IMG/VR virus record: IMGVR_UViG_3300012157_000031
Span: 1-26,303 of that record
Length of the DNA stretch: 26,303 nucleotides
Source of the DNA: a virus
Taxonomy: Duplodnaviria; Caudoviricetes
Reading direction: 5' to 3' (one strand)
Made by a program: the position numbers and the translations under genes. The notes beneath the pieces were generated by a model. The model was not told where the DNA came from and made no database searches. It was given only the letters and a program-made list of their open reading frames with translations. Below are positions 10,183 to 19,911 of this stretch, in pieces (position 1 is the first letter of the stretch; each line of letters opens with the position of its first letter).

Positions 10183-10880
10183 GTCATGAACCCACGCCGC
10201 TTATAAGCAGCTCTGAATGGACGCCGACGAGTCATAATAGTCTGTTTACCCTTAACACCAATACCTGTAGCTCTATCTAATGCCAAAATAGCATAGATAT
10301 TAAGAGAATTAGCACTAGCAAGGTTACGCTCAATAAATTCTGCACACAAGGCTGCGGAACGATATTCAAGAAATGTAGAAGCATTAATGCAGTTAATGAG
10401 AGAATTTTCATCTACCAGAGGAGTAAAGATATCTTTGATATAGTCAATTTTAATGTCATTATTTCGATTAGAAGGAAGAAATCGAATGTCATTATCTTCC
10501 CAAACGAAAATACTAAACATTCCAACTGGAGTTCCCTCAAGATTATGAGGAAGATAATCTCGTCTTGTCATAGGAATGAAAGGGTCAATACCTCGCTCTC
10601 GTTCCCATAACTGTTGAGGTTCAATCAAATTATCAGGTAGTTCAGGAAGGGGAGCAGCATTAAAAGCTATCTCTGTTAGCCCCGCGTTTACCTGAATAAT
10701 TGTAGAAGAAAGCTGAGTTGCAGGGATATTATTCAACTCAAAATGTTCCTGCAACTCTTGAAGTGCTATTTGTAAATAAGGTAGAACCGCTGCATAGGTA
10801 TAGACAGTCCTATTCGTGTCATTCATCAATGACGCGGCTTTAGCTAGAACTGTCGATGCCACGAGGTCTACGGTTGCCAT
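10179..10880 (-). CDS. Head-tail adaptor / gatekeeper (P22 gp4 / T7 gp11-like)
   Basis: 233 aa, helical N- and C-termini with a central beta insert ('LP.NLIEP..LWER'), canonical position before the nozzle. Confidence 0.7.
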   Translation of the reverse strand: MATVDLVASTVLAKAASLMNDTNRTVYTYAAVLPYLQIALQELQEHFELNNIPATQLSSTIIQVNAGLTEIAFNAAPLPELPDNLIEPQQLWERERGIDPFIPMTRRDYLPHNLEGTPVGMFSIFVWEDNDIRFLPSNRNNDIKIDYIKDIFTPLVDENSLINCINASTFLEYRSAALCAEFIERNLASANSLNIYAILALDRATGIGVKGKQTIMTRRRPFRAAYKRRGFMT

Positions 10881-10884
10881 GTTT

Positions 10885-11052
10885 TCACCAGAAGAAATGT
10901 CCCATTAATACTCCGAATGCGAAGGGTAGAATGGGCTTCTTTGCAAATTTCCAAACTATCTCACTGATAGTGTCTCCCGGCTTATCATTCCAAGCAGACC
11001 AAAATTCATACACGAATATTAGCACTACTCCGGTTATTAGTATCCATTTCAT
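10885..11052 (-). CDS. Small two-TM membrane protein (55 aa, MKWILITG...GHFFW)
   Basis: Start revised to 11052, immediately after the upstream stop; two hydrophobic segments around 'PGDTISE'. Confidence 0.65.
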   Translation of the reverse strand: MKWILITGVVLIFVYEFWSAWNDKPGDTISEIVWKFAKKPILPFAFGVLMGHFFW

Positions 11053-11053
11053 A

Positions 11054-11230
11054 TTACAACACATTGGGGATATTGGCCCCAAACTTATGAAGCAAATACA
11101 GAAGCACCGCAACAAACACAATAATCTGAATCCCTATCTTGAAGGGTTCAGTCATAGGAATCTTGGTAGTAATCAACCATACCAAAAATCCCAATAGAGC
11201 AAGTCCTAGGACGAGAATAATCAAGTCCAT
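11054..11230 (-). CDS. Small two-TM membrane protein (58 aa, MDLIILVLGLALLGFLVWLITTKIPMTEPFKIGIQIIVFVAVLLYLLHKFGANIPNVL), Thivi_2564-like; absent from ORF track
   Basis: AGGAGG RBS, fills the gap between neighbours, 'WL...IPM..P.K' helical hairpin pattern. Confidence 0.8.
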   Translation of the reverse strand: MDLIILVLGLALLGFLVWLITTKIPMTEPFKIGIQIIVFVAVLLYLLHKFGANIPNVL

Positions 11231-11239
11231 ATAACCTCC

Positions 11240-11932
11240 TTATGTGGCGAATGTGAGGCCCAACTCCTTAGCCTTAGCAGGGTCATTAATAGCCTTGCAG
11301 GTTGGGCAAACTGGAAACATAGGATTAAGTAGTCCACCACAAGCCTTACAGCGAACAGTTTCCACCATTCTAAAATCTTTCATCCAGTCTTTTTCAAGAT
11401 TCATTTCTCTAGCTGCAATTCGCATAGTATCACTGATTGCAAGAGGATTACCACTAGAACGTGCCCACAAAGAATCAGCCAACTTAATCAATGCTGAATA
11501 CCAATTACGCTGACGAACTAGAGCAGCATCCAATTCATGCTTATAATTCTTGCGAATAGCTGTCAAGTCATGTTCACCCGGAACAAGAAATAGTCCTGGC
11601 ATAGCATCAGCCATATTACAACCCAAAATACCGTTGCAATAGTCCTTAATAACTGAATCTGCAATCTGAATACTTGAAACAGGAATTTCAAGTAGTGGCT
11701 GTTCCTCATCAATTTCTCTCCACCAGCTACTTGGACCAATTACAACAACAGATGGATTATCAAAACTACCAGCAGGAATTAGAAACACTCCTGGCTGAAT
11801 TGTAGGTTTAGTTTCGATGATTTCTAATGGATAAATACTTACGAGTGTAGTTTTATCCAAAGGATTCACCGGACCACGAATTGTTCGACGCCTAAATGCC
11901 TGATGACCTGGAAATTCGCCAACTACTGACAT
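11240..11932 (-). CDS. Hypothetical head-completion-region protein with C-terminal zinc ribbon (CKAC-x10-CPTC)
   Basis: 230-aa ORF in the late operon with two CxxC pairs. Confidence 0.75.
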   Translation of the reverse strand: MSVVGEFPGHQAFRRRTIRGPVNPLDKTTLVSIYPLEIIETKPTIQPGVFLIPAGSFDNPSVVVIGPSSWWREIDEEQPLLEIPVSSIQIADSVIKDYCNGILGCNMADAMPGLFLVPGEHDLTAIRKNYKHELDAALVRQRNWYSALIKLADSLWARSSGNPLAISDTMRIAAREMNLEKDWMKDFRMVETVRCKACGGLLNPMFPVCPTCKAINDPAKAKELGLTFAT

Positions 11933-11934
11933 GA

Positions 11935-12498
11935 TTAGCTCTCTTTCTGTGTGGTTTCATACGATTGAGGCACCACAATAGCCTCTCCTGTTATAGTTCG
12001 TCCGAGAATATTCGATTCATCACCAAATAACTCCTCCGTAAGCTTTTCAATACGCTTTTCACGAACTTCTGTAGGATTTTTAGCTTCTTCATCCACATAT
12101 TTTGCTAAACTCTGCTTGCCCATAGCAGCATACAGAGTGTCGATGACAAATTTACTGCCCCAAAGAGTAGGAGGAACATACTCTTCGTTCCTACCCTTGA
12201 ATACCCAAAGGGGTTCATACGATAGTTTAATACCTGCAAGCTCTCTAAGGTTCTGTTCAGGAACAATTACAAGTCGTTCAAGAACAAATCTCTCTTTAAT
12301 CCACTGTTTATACTTAGGAAGTAGCTTCATAACGGGAAATGGAAGTTCTAATCCAGAATCAGTATTAGTGGTAAGTCTATTTTCAAACTGGTCCTCCGAC
12401 CATACAACCCTAAACATGGCCTGACCAGTTGCAGTATCCAGGCCAAATAGGTCTATTAACTGCTGATTGATAGATTCAATTGGTTCTGCTAATTCCAT
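11935..12498 (-). CDS. Hypothetical phage protein
   Basis: 187 aa, GGAG RBS, tightly packed with neighbours. Confidence 0.75.
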   Translation of the reverse strand: MELAEPIESINQQLIDLFGLDTATGQAMFRVVWSEDQFENRLTTNTDSGLELPFPVMKLLPKYKQWIKERFVLERLVIVPEQNLRELAGIKLSYEPLWVFKGRNEEYVPPTLWGSKFVIDTLYAAMGKQSLAKYVDEEAKNPTEVREKRIEKLTEELFGDESNILGRTITGEAIVVPQSYETTQKES

Positions 12499-12508
12499 AA
12501 TAATCTCC

Positions 12509-12551
12509 GGGGAGAGGATACTAGTTGGAGCCTAACTAATACCCTCTCCCC
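12509..12551 (-). promoter_or_regulatory. 18-bp intergenic RNA stem-loop (processing/stability element) abutting the next RBS
   Basis: On the minus strand GGGGAGAGGGUAUUAGUU pairs with AACUAGUAUCCUCUCCCC using two G-U pairs; no U-tract follows. Confidence 0.65.
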
Positions 12552-12568
12552 TTCTCCGCCATGCAGAC

Positions 12569-13483
12569 CTACGCCGGAACGACTACCTTCGGGTCAACAA
12601 CAGTTGCAACAAAGGTTCGCCAAATATCACCAGCAGAACCCTTCTTAAATCCAAGTGCAATGGTAGCATCAACATCAGCAACATGATTATCAAGAACCAT
12701 GTTGAGTGAGCCACCATCAAGATTGATTCTCCAACCACCTTCTACCGCAAACTTAGCATAGAAGATGTTATTCTGAATCAGATAGTTATTACCAGCAACA
12801 ATGATATCCCCTGCATTACCGCGCTGGAATCTATTGCCTTTGATAACACCATAATTAGTCTGGGCTACACCACCATCGGCAGTATTACGAATGGCAGTTC
12901 CAGTCCCAAGTGCTTCAAAGTCACAATCTTCAATCCAAATTCGTTTACATTCACCAACATTAATACCACAACCCGCTGCACCACCAGTAGAGAAATAACA
13001 ACCAATAACGGAACCGTGTGAACCATCAGGAATAGTTGTAGTTTCCATACGACGGAAACGAATACAATCCAAAGCAGCAGGAGGAGCAAACTGAACATTC
13101 TGCACAGTCCAACCCTGTTCAATGATATCCAACAGGGATTTACCAGCAACAACAGTAGTAGGAGCCAACCAAGAAGCTCCACCACCCGTAGGAACACCAC
13201 CATTAGTAGCCTGACGAGGCTTATTAGCAGCACCTACAATAGTTACATCATAGACACCAACAGGTGTCATAGCCTGTTCTTTCAAAACACCTGACAAAAG
13301 CACAATATCTCTACTCTTGAGATGCGGTGCCAAATCAGTAAATGTTTCAAAAGTAAATGAACCTGATGGACCACCGCCTTGTGGAAACAGATAGAAAATT
13401 CTCTGAGTTCCTACATCATGGTCGCCCAACATAATCCTTCGGTTATCCGTCCGAAGGTCACGCCAAAATCCTGCAACACTCAT
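12569..13483 (-). CDS. Right-handed parallel beta-helix (pectate-lyase-like) virion protein in the head module
   Basis: Repeated 'I.(G/D/N)(C/N).F' rungs (TVQNVQF, VIGCYF, IEDCDF, IKGNRF, IQNNIF, VLDNHV); GGAG RBS. Confidence 0.75.
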   Translation of the reverse strand: MSVAGFWRDLRTDNRRIMLGDHDVGTQRIFYLFPQGGGPSGSFTFETFTDLAPHLKSRDIVLLSGVLKEQAMTPVGVYDVTIVGAANKPRQATNGGVPTGGGASWLAPTTVVAGKSLLDIIEQGWTVQNVQFAPPAALDCIRFRRMETTTIPDGSHGSVIGCYFSTGGAAGCGINVGECKRIWIEDCDFEALGTGTAIRNTADGGVAQTNYGVIKGNRFQRGNAGDIIVAGNNYLIQNNIFYAKFAVEGGWRINLDGGSLNMVLDNHVADVDATIALGFKKGSAGDIWRTFVATVVDPKVVVPA

Positions 13484-13533
13484 TGTTTTCTCCAGTCCCC
13501 AAGGACCAGCGTTATACGCCAGAGAAACTATTG

Positions 13534-13818
13534 TTAACCAACAGGAGGAGGATACTGAGCAGCAACACCCTTCAACCTAACAGTTAGAGCGTCAATCTGA
13601 CCCTTAACAGTTTCGGTTTCTTCAGGAGTCAATCCGCCTGTAACCAACTGAGCCATCAATGTCGCAATATCTTCTGCGATTTCATTAGTAGCCAAATTAG
13701 CTTCCTGCAACGCCAATAGAAGTTCGTCAACCTTTACCATTATTTTTCTCCCCTGCTCATAGATTTCCTCTAGTTTCTTCATAATTTTAGAAGTAAAGAG
13801 CAAATCTATGATAGACAT
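13534..13818 (-). CDS. Small coiled-coil protein (alternative start MVKVDELL at 13740)
   Basis: Heptad-like L/I/A pattern; GGGGAG RBS precedes the 13740 ATG. Confidence 0.6.
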   Translation of the reverse strand: MSIIDLLFTSKIMKKLEEIYEQGRKIMVKVDELLLALQEANLATNEIAEDIATLMAQLVTGGLTPEETETVKGQIDALTVRLKGVAAQYPPPVG

Positions 13819-13858
13819 GATTATTGCGCGTGATGAGTATGCGCGCCCCACTTTTTGT

Positions 13859-14164
13859 TTAGCCTACAGGCCAATACTTAGCAGAAATTGGGTCATAGAC
13901 CAACAGCATAACTTCACCGGCGACGGAAGCCTTAGCTGTATTGACATTACCCGTAGCATCAACACCATTAACCCCCGCGAACTTAAATGCAAGCATATGC
14001 ACACAAGTCATCGGAGGAGTAATAGTCTTGACAACAGTATCACCCGTCAGAAGGGTAAGAAATCCTGACGGTGCAATCACATTTGCCGATGCCAGAGTCT
14101 TAGGCAGGGTAAAGTGACTATTTACGGTGCTGAAATCCTGGAAATTAAGGGTATCGGCTGCCAT
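13859..14164 (-). CDS. Putative capsid decoration/cement protein
   Basis: 101 aa, beta-rich, immediately after the capsid gene, strong AAGGAG RBS. Confidence 0.55.
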   Translation of the reverse strand: MAADTLNFQDFSTVNSHFTLPKTLASANVIAPSGFLTLLTGDTVVKTITPPMTCVHMLAFKFAGVNGVDATGNVNTAKASVAGEVMLLVYDPISAKYWPVG

Positions 14165-14192
14165 GTTAATTCTCCTTTTACCTTAATTCCAG

Positions 14193-15443
14193 TTAATAAC
14201 CTGTGGGAACTGCCAAAGCATCAATATAGGCACAGGCAGCAGGATTTGTAACAAATGTCTGCATACCCACAACCATATAGAAGATTTCGGCAGTAGCCAC
14301 ACCACCAGAAGGACCACGAATTTCAAAGATATGCCGTCCATCAGTCTTATAGAAACCAATGGGCAGAATCTCTGCACGGCCCCACACTTCATCAACGATG
14401 AAGTCAATACGCTTCTTGTCCCAGTTAAAGGAATCACGCAGACTAGCACCAGCCATCTGCATACCATCACCGAAATACATATTCAGTGATTCTTCCTTCG
14501 CAACCTTCTGAATAATAGAAATAAGCTGTCCGATTTCCTCGTAAGCCTGCTTCTGACAAGGATGCAACCATGCAGTAGGCTTAAACGAATTGTCAATTCC
14601 AACACGATTACCAATCTTGTTCATCGCAAGACGTGGCAACGGAAGTGACAATGCAGCGTTCAAACCATTAACACGATTCGCCCTAATCTCAGGAGTTGCA
14701 CTACGCGAAAATCCCAACCATGTGCCAGTAGAAGCATTAGAATGATGATACGGCACACCATACAATGCAGGGAGAGAAGTAGGAGTAGCAATACCATTAA
14801 CAACCAACTTATCGGTGGCAATAGCACCAACGATAGCCGGAGTTACGTCGATACTCTTATTCTCAACATCCCACTTGGTAATGACACCACTACCACGCAG
14901 GGTTGCAAGAGTGGTATCAAACACCTGAACAGTCTGTCCATAACGCACCAAACGTGCGCCAAAGCCATCAGTTCCAAGTGTATAGGTATCAACGCCACCA
15001 GCAGTAGAAACTACGCTGACAACGCCAACAACACCATCACCACTCTGCATCATCTGAGCATCAAGCTGACGACGCAATTCGTCAAGTGCTGATGCAGTAA
15101 GGCGACGCACACCATTAGTGACAGCCTTACGTTCATCATTCGTGGACCATTCTGCCAACTTAGTGTATTCGATATTCTCACTAACGAATACACTAGTCAG
15201 GACAGCCCTATCGAATGTTGGTCCACCACCGCGTCCCAAGTCTCCACCATCAGCATTAAAATACTGAAAGCTTCCACCAGGACGGAGTTCCAACGGAACA
15301 CGCATCTGTCTATTAGAGATTTTCTCTACGTCACGCTTCTTAATGTTGGCGTAGAACTTATCATCTCTTTCAAACAGAACGCGAATCTTTGGAATGACAC
15401 GTTCCAATTCAAGACCCGCAACCTGTGATTCAACAACGGCCAT
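14193..15443 (-). CDS. Major capsid protein (HK97 fold inferred)
   Basis: 416 aa after the scaffold, AAGGA RBS, 'LDELRRQLDAQMMQSGDG' spine-helix pattern and C-terminal 'NPAACAYIDAL'. Confidence 0.85.
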   Translation of the reverse strand: MAVVESQVAGLELERVIPKIRVLFERDDKFYANIKKRDVEKISNRQMRVPLELRPGGSFQYFNADGGDLGRGGGPTFDRAVLTSVFVSENIEYTKLAEWSTNDERKAVTNGVRRLTASALDELRRQLDAQMMQSGDGVVGVVSVVSTAGGVDTYTLGTDGFGARLVRYGQTVQVFDTTLATLRGSGVITKWDVENKSIDVTPAIVGAIATDKLVVNGIATPTSLPALYGVPYHHSNASTGTWLGFSRSATPEIRANRVNGLNAALSLPLPRLAMNKIGNRVGIDNSFKPTAWLHPCQKQAYEEIGQLISIIQKVAKEESLNMYFGDGMQMAGASLRDSFNWDKKRIDFIVDEVWGRAEILPIGFYKTDGRHIFEIRGPSGGVATAEIFYMVVGMQTFVTNPAACAYIDALAVPTGY

Positions 15444-15457
15444 GATTTTTCCTTTAA

Positions 15458-16720
15458 CTAATCTTGCATCAAAAAGTCAATAGTTCGCATCCCTTTCGGA
15501 ATGTCACTCGCTTTAGAAATCTTGCCACCTTTATTACCTTCGATGGAACGTGGCCGTCCTACGGGAACTGGACTCTTATTAGGAGTCTCCTCCTCATCGC
15601 TACGCTTACCTAGTCCCTTGAGCGCGTCAATTCTGGCCTTTTTAATTACTGCTGGCAACAGTGTTTTTGCTCGGGACAAATAAGCGGATTTAATACGGTC
15701 GATAGATGCCTTACTAAAATTCTCCTTGAAAGCGGATTCCCACAGTTTATCCTTCAATGCTACAAACCGGGTATCCTTTCCCAAAACTGACTCTAGCATT
15801 TCCATAGCTTCTCTGCTCGCATTTTTGCGAACATAATCAGTCATAGATTTCTTAGGGTCAATATTGGCTTCAATGGTATTCTTAAGAGTATTATTAATAC
15901 GAGTATTCAAATCTCCCACAGCAGTTTCAAATTGCTGTCTAACAAACTGCTGTTCCTTCTGTTCAAGTTCCTTATCCTTACCATCTTCCTGCACTGGCTT
16001 TGAAAGATTAGTAGGAGGCTGAAAATCGCTAGTTCCAAATACAAACTGATTAACAAGCTGTGCTGCTGATTGTAGAGCCTCATTACCAGACCTTCGAGCC
16101 TCGCGCACCATCGCTACGATAGTATGCTTTGTGACGTTACCAAGCACATGATAATATGCTTGCTCATCCACACGCGCGAGGGTAGGAAGATAATCATCAA
16201 CTAGTTTAGCAAAACCCTTAGGATTCTGTTCCTTAACAGCCTTAAGAATAAGTTGAGTATTTCCACCCATTACATCAACTTCCATCCTATCGAGAGTCTG
16301 CTTGGCTTCTACAGCAGCCTTAGCATCATCAATCGTAGGAAGAAGCTCTGTAAACTGCTGTTCTCTATAATATGCCTTCTCAAGATAAGGAAAATCCTTG
16401 AATAGAGCTGGATACTTAGCAAGTATCTCTTTTCTACGAACAGGAGTTACAAGCTCTAACTGTTCTTCTGTTGGACCTTCTAATTCTTGTTCGATTTCAA
16501 GTAGTTCGTCTACTTCTCCATCTTCGTCTTCTTCGCCCTCAGCACCATGAATACCCGTTGTGCCATCTTCTTCAGGTTTAGGAGGTTTAGGCTTATCTTC
16601 CAATTCGATTTTGTCGGTATCATCCTCTCCACCCAAAAAATCAATTACATCCTCATGATTCATATCACCATCAGTTACCGGAGGAGTAGAAATAGTTACA
16701 TTAGGATTGGGTAGGGACAT
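15458..16720 (-). CDS. Scaffolding protein
   Basis: Start revised to MSLPNP (GGAG RBS); acidic disordered N-terminus, helical core, basic C-terminus; between portal and capsid. Confidence 0.75.
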   Translation of the reverse strand: MSLPNPNVTISTPPVTDGDMNHEDVIDFLGGEDDTDKIELEDKPKPPKPEEDGTTGIHGAEGEEDEDGEVDELLEIEQELEGPTEEQLELVTPVRRKEILAKYPALFKDFPYLEKAYYREQQFTELLPTIDDAKAAVEAKQTLDRMEVDVMGGNTQLILKAVKEQNPKGFAKLVDDYLPTLARVDEQAYYHVLGNVTKHTIVAMVREARRSGNEALQSAAQLVNQFVFGTSDFQPPTNLSKPVQEDGKDKELEQKEQQFVRQQFETAVGDLNTRINNTLKNTIEANIDPKKSMTDYVRKNASREAMEMLESVLGKDTRFVALKDKLWESAFKENFSKASIDRIKSAYLSRAKTLLPAVIKKARIDALKGLGKRSDEEETPNKSPVPVGRPRSIEGNKGGKISKASDIPKGMRTIDFLMQD

Positions 16721-19034
16721 TAGATTCTCCTTGAATGGGTGCTTCTGGTTGAAGTTCTTTAGGATTGGGCTTTTCAGGCGGAGCAGCACCTTTCTCCTCA
16801 CCTGTAGCCTGTTGCATCATCATATTCTGCTGCATTAGTTGATAATGAAGTTTACCATGTAATAGAACATTCCTATATCCTGGTTCATTATCCATCTTAG
16901 CCTGTTGACCCGCAGGACTAACTGCCCACTTACGAACAATCTCAAACTCTATAGCATGATTCTCAAATATAGGGTCAACATCTACCGAAGGAATCTCAGG
17001 ATTCAATGGGTCCATAGGATTAGGCAGAGGTTCAGAACCCAACAAGAGTTTAATCTCATCATACTGATGGTTTCTATCATCCTCTCCAGGAACAAAGAAA
17101 TCGGTAAGTCCAATAGCTTCACGAATGATAGGAAGATTCTCAGGTGAACCAATCACAGCAAGAATCTCAGGATTAGCAGCCGTCAAAAGCTGCATAATGA
17201 TATCCTTCTGCTGTGACCACGTTAGAGGAAGATTCTCATTAGCTTCTAGTTCTACTCTACCAATCTTACCTTCAAGTTCTGCTTTACGAATGAAAGTATT
17301 GACAAAGTTACCTTCTGAATCTCTCTCTACGTTACGCTCATCCGCTTTTACTTCTTGGATGTAAGCGGGAATGACTTTACCAAAGATTTCTTTCCACCAG
17401 ATTGTAAAAATCTTCCAGGTATTCTGGAGTCTCTGTAATGCTTGCGCACGAGACATGCTATACTGTGATGCAGTTTCACTTCCTTGTAGTGAGCCACCAA
17501 ACAAGGATGGGAGAGCGCCTGATACAAGTTGCGCGAGTCCCTGAATTTGAGTTGCAAATGGTTGAACCTCTGGTGAAAGATTTGCAGTTTTAATTTCATG
17601 AAATCCATCACTTAAAGTTTTACCAGATTTAGGAATAGCCTCATAGATACCCCCTGGAACTGATTCCATCTGACGATAAGCATTGAAATTCAATACTCCA
17701 GGGTCAGCAAATGTTTGACCAATTCCATGCTCAATAGTCTGAAGTGTTAGTGAGATTAAGTCGTTGGTAATTTCCTGGACGCTAACCAACAACAACCCCA
17801 GAGGGTCATGATGAAGATAATCAGAAAGAGGATTATAAGTAAGAGTCCAAGTATCATCCAACTGCTCATTATAAGCCTCGCCAAACTCATCATTAACGAG
17901 ACAAACCTTAGCTCCGTTAGGAAATTCCTTCTTAAGTTTATTTACATCATCTTCATCCTGTAGGACATTAAAAGCCGCAGGACGAAGCCACGCATTACGA
18001 ATAGTCACATTATTAGTTGGATATGAACCCTGATACTGTGGGCTAAGTCGGCCCCACTGTTCATAGGGGTCTTTAGGTCCAACAGAAGTTTCAATCCTCT
18101 GTTTCTCTCCCTTAGATAACTTACCATGCAAATGCTGAAACTTCTCAATAGCATTAGCATAGTGAGTTTCATAGCTAAAAATAAGATAAGGGCAATCTTC
18201 CTGTTTCCTCGCATAAATTGGAACCTTCACATACAAGCCCCCAAAACAATCTATCATAATCCGAGTTTTGGGTTGATGTGTAGTTCCTACAATTCTAGTA
18301 ACGAAGAAACTCTCCTGACTTACTGTTGGCTGAATGACCTGCCCACAAGCAGGACACAACTCTATCTCATAATCTTCGGGGTCTCGATTAAGAACAGTAG
18401 TAAACTCATCTTCTTGCTGTCGTTGCGTAACATCTTCTTGAAGTTCTTCAAGTTCATTATTAAGTTGCTTATCCTCAATCATGTATCCACATTGAGGACA
18501 ATTAGTAGTTTGATGTTGTTCTTCTATTTCTTCCTTCTCATCCTCTGCATAAGTTCCAAAACTTTCATCAGCTTTAGGATAAGTATAACCTGCTACCATT
18601 CCTTCTGTGCAATAGATAAAGAGAGCATGAAGCCATGCCAACTGAGCATTATTATGTCGATAAATTAACTGAGCAATTTTATCGCCGGCCTTAGCTGTTG
18701 CCAAGTCAAGAGTATTATCAGCATCATCGGGATAACACTTAACAGGAGGCACAACAACAGAGAGAGCCGCGATGATTGATTCCAGATATGCTCGAAAGAC
18801 GTTAATGGGCTTGTCATAGTAAGACTGTTGGGTATCTTCTGATTGAGTATCATCCCAGATACGCCAATCATGTGCAACTTCACTATACCAAGTTTTCTGG
18901 AAACCCTCCCAAAATAACTTTAGTCTACGCCAAGTTCTAATTTGACGTTCTCTAATTTCACGGTCCTCTCCATCGAAGTGACTAACCACTTCTTTTAAGA
19001 GGCGTTGGATTTCCTCGTCGTATTTTTTAGCCAT
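16701..19034 (-). CDS. Portal protein (P22-like) with internal zinc-ribbon insertion
   Basis: 777 aa upstream of scaffold and capsid; 'INVFRAYLESIIAAL', 'VQEITNDLISL', 'ETASQYSMSRAQALQRL' portal-like helices; Q/P-rich tail. Confidence 0.85.
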   Translation of the reverse strand: MAKKYDEEIQRLLKEVVSHFDGEDREIRERQIRTWRRLKLFWEGFQKTWYSEVAHDWRIWDDTQSEDTQQSYYDKPINVFRAYLESIIAALSVVVPPVKCYPDDADNTLDLATAKAGDKIAQLIYRHNNAQLAWLHALFIYCTEGMVAGYTYPKADESFGTYAEDEKEEIEEQHQTTNCPQCGYMIEDKQLNNELEELQEDVTQRQQEDEFTTVLNRDPEDYEIELCPACGQVIQPTVSQESFFVTRIVGTTHQPKTRIMIDCFGGLYVKVPIYARKQEDCPYLIFSYETHYANAIEKFQHLHGKLSKGEKQRIETSVGPKDPYEQWGRLSPQYQGSYPTNNVTIRNAWLRPAAFNVLQDEDDVNKLKKEFPNGAKVCLVNDEFGEAYNEQLDDTWTLTYNPLSDYLHHDPLGLLLVSVQEITNDLISLTLQTIEHGIGQTFADPGVLNFNAYRQMESVPGGIYEAIPKSGKTLSDGFHEIKTANLSPEVQPFATQIQGLAQLVSGALPSLFGGSLQGSETASQYSMSRAQALQRLQNTWKIFTIWWKEIFGKVIPAYIQEVKADERNVERDSEGNFVNTFIRKAELEGKIGRVELEANENLPLTWSQQKDIIMQLLTAANPEILAVIGSPENLPIIREAIGLTDFFVPGEDDRNHQYDEIKLLLGSEPLPNPMDPLNPEIPSVDVDPIFENHAIEFEIVRKWAVSPAGQQAKMDNEPGYRNVLLHGKLHYQLMQQNMMMQQATGEEKGAAPPEKPNPKELQPEAPIQGESNVPTQS

Positions 19035-19046
19035 TTGAATTTCTAA

Positions 19047-19742
19047 TTAATAAAAGAGTCCGCCACGAAATCTATTACCACCACCCCCATACATAGCACC
19101 AAATCCACCACTAGGTCTATTCATTCCTTGTGGCATATTAGGAATACCTGGAAGGGGTCCTCCATAAGTATACGGAAGTTGTCCTTCTGGAATTGGAGTA
19201 GATGGTGCGCTAATACCAGCACTTCCACTCTGAGGCATCTGACCCCCAGTAAATCCACCCCTCTCTAGGTAAGGATTAGTAGGATTCTGCCAAGTAGTAG
19301 CGCCAGAACCTCCCCCCGGAGGCATCAAAGGAGTATTCATACCACCAAAATTACCGTCTCTTGGACCCATCATAGGAGGAGGAGTAAAGTTAGAAGATGG
19401 ACCCCCACCACCATATTCTCCACCAGGAGTAAATCTAATAGGCTGATTCTGTCCATATGGGTCAGCAGGAGGAGTCATCCTACCACCTGACACTGAACCA
19501 TATGTGCGGTATGGGTCCATAGCTGATGGAAGAATACCCATATTACTAGTTCTACCTACATTAATACCTCCACCCATTGATGGAGCTGAATTAATTTTCC
19601 CCCGCCCGCGTTCCTGATTATTCCTAAAATTACCCCTACTCATACGCTGAGACTGTTCAGGCTGTGTAGGTTTAGGAATTTTAGTTTCAGGCATTCCCCT
19701 GAATGAACCCATATTACTCATACCAACATTAAGTCCAGCCAT
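19047..19742 (-). CDS. Low-complexity G/M/P/N/R-rich disordered protein
   Basis: 231 aa, GGAG RBS, RG/RGG and YGG motifs, almost no hydrophobic core. Confidence 0.7.
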   Translation of the reverse strand: MAGLNVGMSNMGSFRGMPETKIPKPTQPEQSQRMSRGNFRNNQERGRGKINSAPSMGGGINVGRTSNMGILPSAMDPYRTYGSVSGGRMTPPADPYGQNQPIRFTPGGEYGGGGPSSNFTPPPMMGPRDGNFGGMNTPLMPPGGGSGATTWQNPTNPYLERGGFTGGQMPQSGSAGISAPSTPIPEGQLPYTYGGPLPGIPNMPQGMNRPSGGFGAMYGGGGNRFRGGLFY

Positions 19743-19744
19743 TG

Positions 19745-19909
19745 TTATACTCCGTGTTCCTTCTTAACCTTTTTAGATGGCCCCGCGTCTAGTCCACGCT
19801 TATTAGCTGTAGCGTAGAATACTTCTTTACCCTTCTTACTGCCATATCGTTTCTTCATGGACGACATGACTTTTTCGCCAGAACCACCGTAATATTTAGA
19901 TAGAGGCAT
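19745..19909 (-). CDS. Small basic protein (54 aa, MPLSKYYGGSGEKVMSSMKKRYGSKKGKEVFYATANKRGL...); absent from ORF track
   Basis: GAGG RBS, fills the gap exactly; resembles the 'MKK.YG..KG..VFYA..NK' small proteins I recall from environmental phage head modules. Confidence 0.8.
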   Translation of the reverse strand: MPLSKYYGGSGEKVMSSMKKRYGSKKGKEVFYATANKRGLDAGPSKKVKKEHGV

Positions 19910-19911
19910 GA

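Noticed and set aside
13826-13846. GCGCG hairpin after the decoration gene as a terminator
   Set aside because: Only a 5-bp stem with a long loop and no U-tract on the coding strand.
14183-14470. Alternative-frame ORF over the capsid 3' end as a programmed frameshift extension
   Set aside because: It ends only 10 nt past the capsid stop, has no obvious slippery site and is not protein-like.
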